Shown: positions 1-9,387 of the stretch, piece after piece | How positions within the stretch are numbered: the first letter of the stretch is position 1 | Layout: each line of letters begins with the position of its first letter | Source of the DNA: Candidatus Omnitrophota bacterium | GTDB lineage: Bacteria; Omnitrophota; Gorgyraeia; Gygaellales; Profunditerraquicolaceae | Reading direction: 5' to 3' | Length of the DNA: 64,000 nt | NCBI GenBank assembly: GCA_050012075.1 | Contig: JBEKHW010000002.1 | Coordinates: 47,518-111,517 of the forward strand | Translations under genes and position numbers: made by a program | The notes under the pieces: generated by a model | The model's database searches: none | Told to the model about the DNA's origin: nothing | The model's input: only the letters and a program-made list of their open reading frames with translations

Positions 1-22
1 AGGCAGCACCCTAGACGAATAT

Positions 23-1417
23 ATGAGCATTAGCATTGGGCATTCCAATATAGGAATATTTCTGTCGCCTTCCCCTCGCGGTCCAGGGATGATTAAGTCT
101 CCTCCTCTCGACATCGCAAATTTAGTTGCCATATTGAGAAATAATGAGTCGTTCGATGTTAAGCTTATTGATTCAAGGGCCCATGTTTTAAATGAGGATT
201 CGTTTTGGGAAAGAAAAGGGATTAATTTAAGCATATTTAATGATTTCAAAAGGTGTTTCGACCATCTTCTCGTAAAGCAAGACCCGTTAATAAGTTATAC
301 CTCCATAAAAATATTATCAGAAGTAAAGCCCGAGCATATGGAATTTATGATCTTCTCTGTTGCGGTTCTTGAGCAGTTTTCTTTGCAGTATCTTATTTCA
401 TCTCTTTGTATCGCCAGGCAGATGAAGGAAAAGTATCCGGGGATAAAAATAGTTTTCTTCGGTAATTGCCCTAAGAAGCACGCGAGAAAAATTATGGGAA
501 ATTTCAGTTTCCTTGATGCTTTCCTAGAAGATGGGAATGAGTATTCTGCCTTGCAATATATTAAGAATTATAAGAGGTGCTCTCCTATAGACGGGATTAC
601 ATATAGAGAAAAAAACAGGCTAATTTATTCACGTAAAGGCAGGAAGTTAGACTTGGATAAATATCCCGTTCCAGAATTTGCCTTGTTCGATCTTAAAAAA
701 TATAAATGCAATGGGAAACTGGTATTGCCGTATGAGATAAGCAGGGGGTGCATTAATGACTGTTTTTTCTGTTATTATATTCATAAAGGCAAGATGGCCT
801 ACAAAAACATAGATAAAGTCACGGATGAATTGAAATATTTATCGCGCAAATACGATACCCAATATTTCCACTTTATGGATGCGGAAATAAATTTTGACGA
901 TGATTATCTGGGGAAGCTGTGTGGAGTCTTTAATAAAAGGTTGCCTCATATACGATGGAGTGCCTTAGCAATACCCAATATAAATAATGAGCTGCTAGTA
1001 AAAATGAGGAAAGCGGGCTGCGTTCAGTTAAGGTGGGGTGTTGAATATGCATCAGAAAGGATGCTTAAGATTATTGGTAAGAAAACAAGTGTGAAAGAGA
1101 TAAAAGAGGTTCTTAAAAATGCCCATCATCTCGGTATCTATAATTATATAACATTGCTTACTGGGCTGGGGGTTGAAAGAAAAAAGGATATTGAGGATAC
1201 CAAGGGGTTTATCAAAGGGATGAGTCCGTATATTGACTCTATTAAAGAATGCGTTTGGGGGGAACTGGGGCATTTCAGTATCTTGCGCTTGGATAACCTA
1301 TTAAACAATAAACAGGGAAAGGAAATTACCCAGCGTCAAAAATACGGGCCCACTTTAAGGGGTTGCGATATAACCTCAGAAGATATAATAGATGTTATAA
1401 CGAGATTTGGCAGCTGA
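23..1417 (+). CDS. B12-binding-domain radical SAM protein (class B-like)
   Basis: CxxxCxxC motif CINDCFFC in the middle of the protein. N-terminal region resembles a cobalamin-binding Rossmann-like domain. The frame is open to the window edge, so the true start may lie upstream. Confidence 0.65.
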   Translation: MSISIGHSNIGIFLSPSPRGPGMIKSPPLDIANLVAILRNNESFDVKLIDSRAHVLNEDSFWERKGINLSIFNDFKRCFDHLLVKQDPLISYTSIKILSEVKPEHMEFMIFSVAVLEQFSLQYLISSLCIARQMKEKYPGIKIVFFGNCPKKHARKIMGNFSFLDAFLEDGNEYSALQYIKNYKRCSPIDGITYREKNRLIYSRKGRKLDLDKYPVPEFALFDLKKYKCNGKLVLPYEISRGCINDCFFCYYIHKGKMAYKNIDKVTDELKYLSRKYDTQYFHFMDAEINFDDDYLGKLCGVFNKRLPHIRWSALAIPNINNELLVKMRKAGCVQLRWGVEYASERMLKIIGKKTSVKEIKEVLKNAHHLGIYNYITLLTGLGVERKKDIEDTKGFIKGMSPYIDSIKECVWGELGHFSILRLDNLLNNKQGKEITQRQKYGPTLRGCDITSEDIIDVITRFGS

Positions 1418-1441
1418 CCATTGTTTTTTGGGTCAGTTTTT
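1414..1441 (+). terminator. putative intrinsic terminator overlapping the stop codon
   Basis: Stem CTGACC/GGTCAG (1414-1419 and 1431-1436) with a T-rich loop, followed by TTTTT. Confidence 0.35.
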
Positions 1442-1600
1442 GCAGGCAGTCGTAGATTTCTTTGACTTTTTCCATTCTGCAGGAGAGGTGGCTTTTCCAC
1501 TCTGGCTTTCCCAAGTCAACTTCATATTTCAGCTTTAATCTTAATGCGCAAGGTTCTCTTAAAACCAGATTCTTTTGAATGGACTGCTATTCAAATTTCC
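1440..1600 (-). pseudogene. degenerate duplicated 3'-terminal fragment of the adjacent SPASM radical SAM gene
   Basis: 1516-1600 aligns at about 75% identity with 1715-1800, and 1440-1515 aligns with 1620-1714. The minus-strand translation of the copy carries several stop codons. Confidence 0.5.
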
Positions 1601-2694
1601 TATATTGACTTTTGTTCGTAATATTTCCGTAATTCTTCGCAAGCATTCTCTATTTTCAGATATTCTTTCGTGTGGTCGCAAGAGCGGCATTTTATAAATG
1701 GCGGCCTACACGAATCAAGGTCATATTTTAATTTTAATCTTAATGCATGCGCCTTTTTCGAAAACCAGATATTTTTAAGCGAATCGTTTTTCAAATTGCC
1801 GGCTTTTAATTCGGTATTTCGATGGCAGAATATAATGCTCCCATCACTTGCGACTAGAACACGAAGCCAGGCGGCGAAGCATGATTTTAACTGAGGGTCA
1901 TTGTTCTCCTTGATGCCGATGAATTCTGTAATCTCAGCTTTTACTCTATATTTGCTACAGCTTACATTTTTTATTATTTTCTTGAACGCGTTGAATTCTT
2001 TTTCGCGCAGGAGTAGTTTTTTTGTATATGGCGTCGGACCCAATGCTACAAATCTTAAGCGCGGAATATTAAGAGAATCAGCAAATTCTAACATTGCTTC
2101 TAAATAGCTGTAGTTATTCCTGGTGATTACACAGTTTAACATTATATCTGGTTTGCCTTCCGTTATGCGCAAGGCAGAAAATAATTTTAGATTTCTAATC
2201 AGGTTGTGGTACGCTTTCTTACTGGAAGGGTGACATAGTTTAGAATAAACGTTTTCATCGTGCGCGCATATGTTAACCAGCAGCTTATCCGCTTTTGCAA
2301 AGCTTAAACGTAAGAAATCTTTGTCAAAAGTAAGATTGCTATTTAGCTGTAAAAAGAATCCCTTTTCTTTTATAAAATCAATTATTTCTGTGATTTTCGG
2401 ATGTAGGGAAATTTCTCCTTCTGCGGAAAGCGTAATTGAATTTATTGAAGATAGCTCTTTTACGTCTTTAATTATCTTTTTGATGCAAGATAAAGGCAGT
2501 ATATTACGCGGCGGGTTATTATTAATCAGGGGAGAATGAACCCAACAGAATTCGCATTTTAGATTGCATATCGAATTTATCTTTATGGTGATAGCTATCG
2601 GCCCCTTGGATACTCTATCAAGAAATATATCCATCAAGGGAAGAGATCGTTTGTGATTAGGCATATCAAGTAAGATTTTTGATTTATTGACCAT
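1600..2694 (-). CDS. radical SAM protein with C-terminal SPASM-like Cys-rich domain
   Basis: N-terminal CNLKCEFC (CxxxCxxC). C-terminal extra cysteines (CFAAW, FCHRN, CRPPFIKCRSCDH) are typical of SPASM/twitch auxiliary clusters. Confidence 0.7.
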   Translation of the reverse strand: MVNKSKILLDMPNHKRSLPLMDIFLDRVSKGPIAITIKINSICNLKCEFCWVHSPLINNNPPRNILPLSCIKKIIKDVKELSSINSITLSAEGEISLHPKITEIIDFIKEKGFFLQLNSNLTFDKDFLRLSFAKADKLLVNICAHDENVYSKLCHPSSKKAYHNLIRNLKLFSALRITEGKPDIMLNCVITRNNYSYLEAMLEFADSLNIPRLRFVALGPTPYTKKLLLREKEFNAFKKIIKNVSCSKYRVKAEITEFIGIKENNDPQLKSCFAAWLRVLVASDGSIIFCHRNTELKAGNLKNDSLKNIWFSKKAHALRLKLKYDLDSCRPPFIKCRSCDHTKEYLKIENACEELRKYYEQKSI

Positions 2695-2715
2695 GTTTTA
2701 TTATATAATAAACCT

Positions 2716-3675
2716 ATGCTTTTTCAAGGGTATTACCCAAAATCTTTTTGCCGGGAATACGTAGAAGTGATGGGCGCATCTACGCAGCTGTCCATGTTTA
2801 TGGCGACTGTGCTCGGAATAAAGCCGTTAATGGATGACTGGGTGCCGGTAGCCAAGCTCAATGAGTTTAAGAAGGTTTGCAGGAAATACGGCTTGAAGAT
2901 AAGGGAAGACGTTATTTTTAAAAGCATTCCAAAAGAGAATCTTTCGCCTTCTATCCTGGGCAGGGAGTGCATCACTACTACCAGCGCTTTCGCAAGCCCG
3001 TTAAATTCCGGTAGCAGAGGACAGGTCCATTTATTCATATCCAAAAGTAATTCTCTTTTAAGGAAAGGGATGTGGTATCCTGTTATCATCAAAAACAGGG
3101 TAATCGTTCAGCCGCGGATGGACAGCCTGAGATACGGATATGTTTTGGGGTATCCTGACTGCTGCATCAAATTCTTCCGGAAATATAACAACTGGATAAA
3201 ATACAGCCATCTTTATGAAATATACAGAAATACGCATAATAAACCCTCTTTTTTGTGCAATCCGTTTCTTAAAGATACGACCTTTTCATATATATATCAT
3301 ATGCCCTGCGGCTATGATTGCACGCAAACTATAAGATTAGCCGGCAAGTTAAGGAAAGCGATAAAGAGAAGGGAACCGGCATACGTGCAATTGGCTGATA
3401 AGCATCTTAAGATGCCTTTCTTAGTTTTTTACGAAAGGAAATTTTATTGTTTTTCAGGAAAGATTAACGGCGGGCTCCTGAGCTATGATAAAGTATATTT
3501 TCCTTCACCGGATAAAGCGCAGGATGCATACGGAAAGCTCCTGGCAGAAGGCGACCGTTTGGAGCTAGAAGGCAGAAAGTTGATCGTCTACCGTAAAAAC
3601 AAAAAGATTAAGATCGCAGATATTCCTCTTAATAATTTTGCCCCTGCGTACCCATTTTTGATACAGTTCTCTTAA
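2716..3675 (+). CDS. hypothetical Cys-rich protein, divergently transcribed from the SPASM rSAM gene
   Basis: 319-aa ORF, 22 nt from the divergent rSAM start. Carries GYPDCC and HMPCGYDC cysteine motifs. No family recognised. Confidence 0.45.
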   Translation: MLFQGYYPKSFCREYVEVMGASTQLSMFMATVLGIKPLMDDWVPVAKLNEFKKVCRKYGLKIREDVIFKSIPKENLSPSILGRECITTTSAFASPLNSGSRGQVHLFISKSNSLLRKGMWYPVIIKNRVIVQPRMDSLRYGYVLGYPDCCIKFFRKYNNWIKYSHLYEIYRNTHNKPSFLCNPFLKDTTFSYIYHMPCGYDCTQTIRLAGKLRKAIKRREPAYVQLADKHLKMPFLVFYERKFYCFSGKINGGLLSYDKVYFPSPDKAQDAYGKLLAEGDRLELEGRKLIVYRKNKKIKIADIPLNNFAPAYPFLIQFS

Positions 3676-3680
3676 AGACC

Positions 3681-5771
3681 ATGAAGATTTTACATATTAG
3701 TTGCAATAAATACCATCCCTGCCTATGGCGGATGATTAAGGTGCAGGCAAGGAATAACGATGTTTCTTTATTCCTGCTGAATTTTGGAGAATATAACAGT
3801 ACCTCGATAGGCAAAAAATATAATGAAGATGGTGTCCAATTTGTGGAAATAGATACGAAAAAAGCAGTGATTTATAATCAGGATAGCTCTTTAGAGGATG
3901 TTTTCCGTGATTTATTAAGAATATATAATCCCGATGTCATCCATATCCATGTTTTTTCAGGAATCAACCTTTTTTCTCTACTGGCTGTATCCTGTAGCCT
4001 GGAAATAAAGAAAGCGCTGACTTTGCATGACCATTCTCTTTTCTGTATCCGTGGCACAATGCATGATGGCCGCGGTGTATGCAGTATGGATTCATTTATG
4101 CAATGCTCATGCAGCACCAATCAGTATCATGCGAAGGCGAAAGACAGATCACCGAAGGAATTCAATCTTTATCGGGAAGAGCTATCCAGAAGGGTAGTTA
4201 ATATGTGCGATAAAATAATCTGTTGTTCTGATGCGCAAAAAGAAAAACTCGAGCAGCTATTCGGAAAAAATGAAAAATTTGTTACTCTTTACTACGGCGT
4301 AGGGTTGCCTAAAGTTCATAAGCGAATAAAGAAAAAGTCAGGTATAGCTACCTTCGGCTTTCTTGGTAATTTAGCTTCTTTAAAGGGTATAGAGATATTA
4401 GAAGAGGCGGTGCCTAAGCTATCGCAGCATAAATTCAGGTTGCTGATGGCTATACACTATCGAGATGATGCTCCTGACAAAAATGAATACTTAAAAAGGC
4501 TGCAGAAGTGTAATAACATAGAGTTGCTGCATAATGTTGAGTATAACGAGCTTTATACCAGGTTTTTCAGCCAAATCGACTGGTTAATTATTCCTTCTCT
4601 TTGGGAGGAGACCGGGCCGATGACCCTTTTTGAGGCATTTTTTTATAAAGTGCCGGTTATAATTTCCAATCGTAAAAGTATGGTTGAGAAGATCCGGGGT
4701 AACAGGAACTCCAGGGTCTTCAAAAATACCGATATGTTGGTAAGAATAATGAAGGGGATCATCTCGCGCAGAATCAGGAAAAAGATGCCCGATTCATTCA
4801 AGGCAAAGGGCATCAAGACCTATGCGAATGAAATCATAGCTTTGTATAGAGAGCTTCTTGTAAAAGAAGAAAAAACCCTTGTCCTGAAGACCGGTTATTT
4901 ATGTAATAATAACTGTATTTTCTGCGTAACCGGAGACAATACCCCGCGGGAATTCGTGAATTTCAGCTTCCTGGTAAAAACGCTGGAGAAATACAGGGGG
5001 CTTTATGAGAGGGTTACGCTTACCGGGGGCGAGCCGCTTTCACGGAAAGATATTCTTAATATCCTGGAATTCTGTTATAGGCTCGGATATAAGATCACCC
5101 TGCAGACCAATGCCAGGCAATTTGCCGATAAGGATTTCTGCCGGAGCATAAAATATTTAAACTTGGATATCATCACGCACCTGGAAAGCTACAAACCGAA
5201 GATACACGATGTAATTACCAGGGTACAAGGGAGTTTTTATGAGACGGTAAGCGCCATAGTTAATTTAAGGCAATATTGCGCGAGCATATCGGTAAAGATA
5301 ATGATGACAAGCTTGAATTACAGGCATATTCCAACTACCGCGCGCTGGCTAAAGAAATTAAAAGTGGATGAGGTATGGTTTGTTTACCTGACTCCCTACG
5401 GCCACGCGTTTACTTATTTTGATTTGATAACCCCGCATTATTCCGAAGTAAAGCCGTATATACGCCAGGCCGTGGAGCTGCTCGGAGGAAATAAAGGTCC
5501 CAAGATAGCCGTAGAGGGAGTCCCTTTTTGTTGCGTAAACGGGGGAATAAGAAAACTTATTCTTGATAAAAAGCAGGCGGACCAATATTGTAGATGCGGC
5601 GTATATCCTGCCGCTTCCGGAGAAAGCCGGTACTATTGCTTTCCGGAGAGGGAGAAGCAGAAACAGAAGTTTGGGCGGTGTAAGCTTTGTAAATTCGACA
5701 GCATATGCGAAGGCGTTTACGCAAGGTATGTAGAAAAAATGGGGGAGAGGGAATTTAATCCGGTGTTTTGA
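3681..5771 (+). CDS. fusion protein: N-terminal GT4-like glycosyltransferase plus C-terminal radical SAM/SPASM-like domain
   Basis: Residues about 1-400 have the GT-B/GT4 signature EETGPMTLFEAFFYKVPVI. Residues about 400-696 carry CNNNCIFC (CxxxCxxC), a GGEPL SAM-binding motif and a C-terminal Cys cluster (CCVNGG, CRCG, CKLCKFDSIC). Confidence 0.7.
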   Translation: MKILHISCNKYHPCLWRMIKVQARNNDVSLFLLNFGEYNSTSIGKKYNEDGVQFVEIDTKKAVIYNQDSSLEDVFRDLLRIYNPDVIHIHVFSGINLFSLLAVSCSLEIKKALTLHDHSLFCIRGTMHDGRGVCSMDSFMQCSCSTNQYHAKAKDRSPKEFNLYREELSRRVVNMCDKIICCSDAQKEKLEQLFGKNEKFVTLYYGVGLPKVHKRIKKKSGIATFGFLGNLASLKGIEILEEAVPKLSQHKFRLLMAIHYRDDAPDKNEYLKRLQKCNNIELLHNVEYNELYTRFFSQIDWLIIPSLWEETGPMTLFEAFFYKVPVIISNRKSMVEKIRGNRNSRVFKNTDMLVRIMKGIISRRIRKKMPDSFKAKGIKTYANEIIALYRELLVKEEKTLVLKTGYLCNNNCIFCVTGDNTPREFVNFSFLVKTLEKYRGLYERVTLTGGEPLSRKDILNILEFCYRLGYKITLQTNARQFADKDFCRSIKYLNLDIITHLESYKPKIHDVITRVQGSFYETVSAIVNLRQYCASISVKIMMTSLNYRHIPTTARWLKKLKVDEVWFVYLTPYGHAFTYFDLITPHYSEVKPYIRQAVELLGGNKGPKIAVEGVPFCCVNGGIRKLILDKKQADQYCRCGVYPAASGESRYYCFPEREKQKQKFGRCKLCKFDSICEGVYARYVEKMGEREFNPVF

Positions 5772-5787
5772 AGAGCGGAGGTTAGGG

Positions 5788-6249
5788 TTGCTGAAAAAAG
5801 TAGAGGATGATTTTACCGCAATATTAGGATTTAAGCCTTTGCATCGAGCCAATAAACTGAATGATTTTAGCGTGAGGAAGGATGTCATATTTACACTTCT
5901 TGCCGAAAAGATATTTGATAATCCCCGCTTGTTAGACCTCTTGTTGAAAAAGATAAAATATTGGCTGGTAGTTGAAAAGAGCGAACTTACTTATGCTATT
6001 GCCGGGTATGTTTATTACATTAAAGAAGATTTTACACAAGCAGAAAAATATTTCTTGAAAGCCCTGAATAAGAACAGGCAAAATTTAGATAACTGGTTCG
6101 ACCTTGCATTTAGCCTTTATCATCAGGAAGACGGCAAACACAAGCTGGCAAAAATAATTCTTTTTAATTTTGACTATTGCGCCAAGAAACTTAAGAATGC
6201 AACGGTAAACCTGAAAAGAATAGAGAAGGCCTTGAATAGCCGTGTCTAG
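5788..6249 (+). CDS. hypothetical protein, TPR-like helical repeats
   Basis: TTG start 7 nt after a GGAGG. TPR-like pattern AEKYFLKALNKN...WFDLAFSLY. Confidence 0.4.
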   Translation: MLKKVEDDFTAILGFKPLHRANKLNDFSVRKDVIFTLLAEKIFDNPRLLDLLLKKIKYWLVVEKSELTYAIAGYVYYIKEDFTQAEKYFLKALNKNRQNLDNWFDLAFSLYHQEDGKHKLAKIILFNFDYCAKKLKNATVNLKRIEKALNSRV

Positions 6250-6299
6250 CCATAACATAACCCTATGGGGTGTCTATGTTTTTGAAAGAAAAATAATCC

Positions 6300-6328
6300 T
6301 TGACAAATAAGTATAGAGCTGCTATATA
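6300..6328 (+). promoter_or_regulatory. sigma70-like promoter candidate upstream of the pilin gene
   Basis: TTGACA, a 17-nt spacer, then TATATA. About 135 nt of 5' UTR follows. Confidence 0.3.
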
Positions 6329-6466
6329 TAAAAAATCAAGGCGACTGGCGCAACAAAATGATCTGCCGGAAACAAACAAGTTATAATTTGTCAGATTCTT
6401 GAGGAATAACAGGACGGCAGAAGAAAGCGCCGAAGTCAATTTTACCTTAGAAAGGGGGGTTTCTTA

Positions 6467-6850
6467 ATGAACAGAAAAGGTTTTACGCTAGTTGAAATCA
6501 TGATTGTCGTTGCGATTATCGCTCTGTTGGCAGCTATTGCCATACCCAATCTTCTTTCAGCAAGAAGGACCGCGAATGAATCTGCGGCAAAGGCATCGAT
6601 ACGTAGCATTTCTACCGCAGCTGAAACATACGCTACTTCTCATAGCGGTGCGTATCCTACTGATGTAACTGCCTTGGCAGAGTTTATTACTACTGCTCCT
6701 AGCTATTGCGGCCAGGCCGTACAAGGTTATAACTATACTTGTACATTAAGTTCAGGCGGATATACTATTGTTGCAGCGCCGGTTACTCCTGGCACGACAG
6801 GAAATATAACCTGGACAGCTACTACAGGTGCAGCACTCACTCCACTGTAA
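6467..6850 (+). CDS. prepilin-type N-terminal cleavage/methylation domain pilin
   Basis: MNRKGFTLVEIMIVVAIIALLAAIAIPN is a classic G|FTLxE class III signal. RBS GGGGGG upstream. Confidence 0.8.
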   Translation: MNRKGFTLVEIMIVVAIIALLAAIAIPNLLSARRTANESAAKASIRSISTAAETYATSHSGAYPTDVTALAEFITTAPSYCGQAVQGYNYTCTLSSGGYTIVAAPVTPGTTGNITWTATTGAALTPL

Positions 6851-6871
6851 CAAGATATTTTGTACTTTAGT

Positions 6872-6908
6872 AAAAAAGGGGAAAGAGGTTCATTCTTTCC
6901 CCTTTTTG
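6872..6908 (+). terminator. rho-independent terminator
   Basis: Perfect 12-bp stem AAAGGGGAAAGA/TCTTTCCCCTTT with a 7-nt loop, then TTG. Confidence 0.6.
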
Positions 6909-6916
6909 TTTAACCT

Positions 6917-8893
6917 ATGATACTTAAAAAAAGAACATATTTTCTTATTTTTATTTTGATCTTTTTCTCAGTGCTGTCCGTGTATTCCAATACCCTGCGT
7001 AATCCTTTTATATGGGATGATAACGCGATTATTGTGCATAACAGCCTGATCCAGGACTGGCATCTATTGGGAAAGGCGTTTACGAGTGATCTCTTCTATG
7101 GCGTAGCTTCCGGCTCAAATTTTTACCGGCCGCTACAGACAATTTCTTATATGTCGGATTATTACTTCTGGGGCCTTAAGCCGTTAGGGTATCATATTAC
7201 TAATATACTTCTGCAGGCCGCACTTTCTTTTTTGGTCTTTATTTTTCTTTTTATGCTGTCTGGCAGAGCGGAAATCTCTTTTTTTAGTGCGCTTCTTTTT
7301 GCGGTAAACCCCCTGCACACAGAATCAGTGACTTACCTTTCCGGACGCGCCGAGATGCTGATGGGGATTTTCTTGCTGACATCATTTATCTTTTTTGTCA
7401 AGGGGCAAAATTGCCGGAAGAATTACCGTTTGCCGCTTTATTTATTATCAGTGGTAGCGTTCATTCTTGGTTTATTATCGAAAGAACTGGCAGTGGTTTT
7501 TCCGCTGGCCATACTTGCCTATCTTTTTTATTTTAGGAAATCTAACAAGGCAGCGATATCCTGGAAAACATCTCCATTTTTTGTTATTTCACTGGTTTAC
7601 GTTTTATTAAGGCTCACCTTGTTAAAGTTCCCTACTTTTAGGCCACCGACTTTGGCAGGCGTCCCGTTTCTTTTTAGGATGTCGGTTTTATTCAAAGCGC
7701 TGTTTATGCAGGCCAAGCTCCTGATTTTGCCGGTTAATCTGCATATGTCTTATCAATTAGTAATGCCGACGACTTTTTTAGGGATTTTCTTATCCTGGTT
7801 TATTTCAGGTGTGGTTGTAGTTTTTGCTGCATATATTTTACGCAATAAAAAGAAAAATGCCCTCTTCTGTTTTTTATTTTCCTGGTATCTGATTTTTCTT
7901 CTTCCGCAGTCAGGGATTTTGCCTATCAATGCCTTTTTTGCTGAACACTTTCTATATTTGTCTTCGATAAGTTTTCTTACAGGAGTTTTATTAATTTTAC
8001 AACGGTATTTAAAGAAACCATTATTTTTGTTTTCTTTTGTTTGTCTTTTTGCCGCTTACGGCGTCCTTACTTACGCCCGTAATCTTGAATGGTCTAGCCC
8101 CCTTGCATTCTTCCAGGGGATAGTGAAACTATCGCCTGGAAGCTTTCAGGGATACAATAACCTGGGTTTAGAATACGAAAAGAACGGGGATTATCAAAAA
8201 GCGATATCCTGTTACAAAAGGGCGTTACAGATAATGCCTGAACTTTTGGATGCGCACTTTAACCTGGCTAACCTCTATTTTAAGACCGGAAAATTAAAAG
8301 AAGCGCTGGATGAATACTCTGTTATTGAAAAGACTCACCCTGGAGATAAATCAGGGCAGGTGCAGAATAATATCGGTAATGTATTGGAGGCTCAAGGGTT
8401 ACCGCAGGCGGCCATAAAAAGATACAAGATAGCCTTGCAACTGGATAAAAACCTCTATTATGCCCATTTTAATCTCGCGCGTATCTATATGGGGCAGGGA
8501 AAAACCGGATCATCTGTTGAAGAGATAGTTGTTTCTCTGGGGTTACAGGTAGATAATGCAGAGACAGACGGGGTTATCATCCGGCAGATAATTACCCGTT
8601 TTCTTGAAGAGAAAAAAATGTTAAATTCCGCGGATATTTTTTATAATAATCTGGGAGCAAAATTAGCAGGAAGCGGAATTTTTTATGCGGCAGCTTCTGC
8701 TTTTAAGAGGGCGCTGGAGATCGAGCCGGCTTATGAAGATGCGCATTTTAATCTCGCTCTTAGTTACCTGAAGATGGGGATGAGGAATAGGGCAGTTTCG
8801 CAATTAAACTCTTTGCTCAAGATAGATCCGCAGCATCATCGCGCCAGGAGCCTTTTACTGGAGATAAAGAAAAATGTTAGCCGCAGTCAATAA
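6917..8893 (+). CDS. TMTC-like GT-C membrane glycosyltransferase with C-terminal TPR repeats
   Basis: N-terminal polytopic domain with FIWDD in the first loop, a DD motif typical of GT-C. C-terminal multiple TPR repeats (LGLEYEKNGDYQKAISCYKRAL...). Confidence 0.55.
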   Translation: MILKKRTYFLIFILIFFSVLSVYSNTLRNPFIWDDNAIIVHNSLIQDWHLLGKAFTSDLFYGVASGSNFYRPLQTISYMSDYYFWGLKPLGYHITNILLQAALSFLVFIFLFMLSGRAEISFFSALLFAVNPLHTESVTYLSGRAEMLMGIFLLTSFIFFVKGQNCRKNYRLPLYLLSVVAFILGLLSKELAVVFPLAILAYLFYFRKSNKAAISWKTSPFFVISLVYVLLRLTLLKFPTFRPPTLAGVPFLFRMSVLFKALFMQAKLLILPVNLHMSYQLVMPTTFLGIFLSWFISGVVVVFAAYILRNKKKNALFCFLFSWYLIFLLPQSGILPINAFFAEHFLYLSSISFLTGVLLILQRYLKKPLFLFSFVCLFAAYGVLTYARNLEWSSPLAFFQGIVKLSPGSFQGYNNLGLEYEKNGDYQKAISCYKRALQIMPELLDAHFNLANLYFKTGKLKEALDEYSVIEKTHPGDKSGQVQNNIGNVLEAQGLPQAAIKRYKIALQLDKNLYYAHFNLARIYMGQGKTGSSVEEIVVSLGLQVDNAETDGVIIRQIITRFLEEKKMLNSADIFYNNLGAKLAGSGIFYAAASAFKRALEIEPAYEDAHFNLALSYLKMGMRNRAVSQLNSLLKIDPQHHRARSLLLEIKKNVSRSQ

Positions 8894-8914
8894 TTTTTGT
8901 TATAATTCTTACCT

Positions 8915-9364
8915 ATGAAATCGAACAATAAAAACAAAGCTTTTACGTTAGTAGAGATTATGACGGTAATGGCAATCGTGGCGCTGTTAGTCTCTATGGC
9001 AGTCATAGAAACAGCTAAATTCAGAAGACAAGCAAATGAATCTACCTGTCAGGCTAACCTCAAGGCGATTGCTTCCGGTTTTGAGGTGTACGCGGCCCGT
9101 AACGCCCTGTCATATGCGCCTGAAGAACAGACTAACCTGCAGTTCTTAGTGGACAGCGGTTGTCTTAACCAGGACCTTACCGCAATGCCGCAGCTGGGTA
9201 ATTTCCGTTACACAGTAGCCGAAGTCGGCCCCGCTGGTTATGATATCAGGGCAATCGCGCTAAATTCAGCTTTGGCAGCGCATAATTATCAGGTTATTAC
9301 CGGCGGCACATTAAAAAGGACCGACAGTCCAGACCCTTCCGATTCCGATTTTAAGACTTTTTAA
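8915..9364 (+). CDS. prepilin-type pilin (Ala at -1)
   Basis: MKSNNKNKAFTLVEIMTVMAIVALLVSMA: FTLVE with Glu at +5. Confidence 0.7.
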   Translation: MKSNNKNKAFTLVEIMTVMAIVALLVSMAVIETAKFRRQANESTCQANLKAIASGFEVYAARNALSYAPEEQTNLQFLVDSGCLNQDLTAMPQLGNFRYTVAEVGPAGYDIRAIALNSALAAHNYQVITGGTLKRTDSPDPSDSDFKTF

Positions 9365-9387
9365 ACATAGTGTTATAGGTAGGAAAT

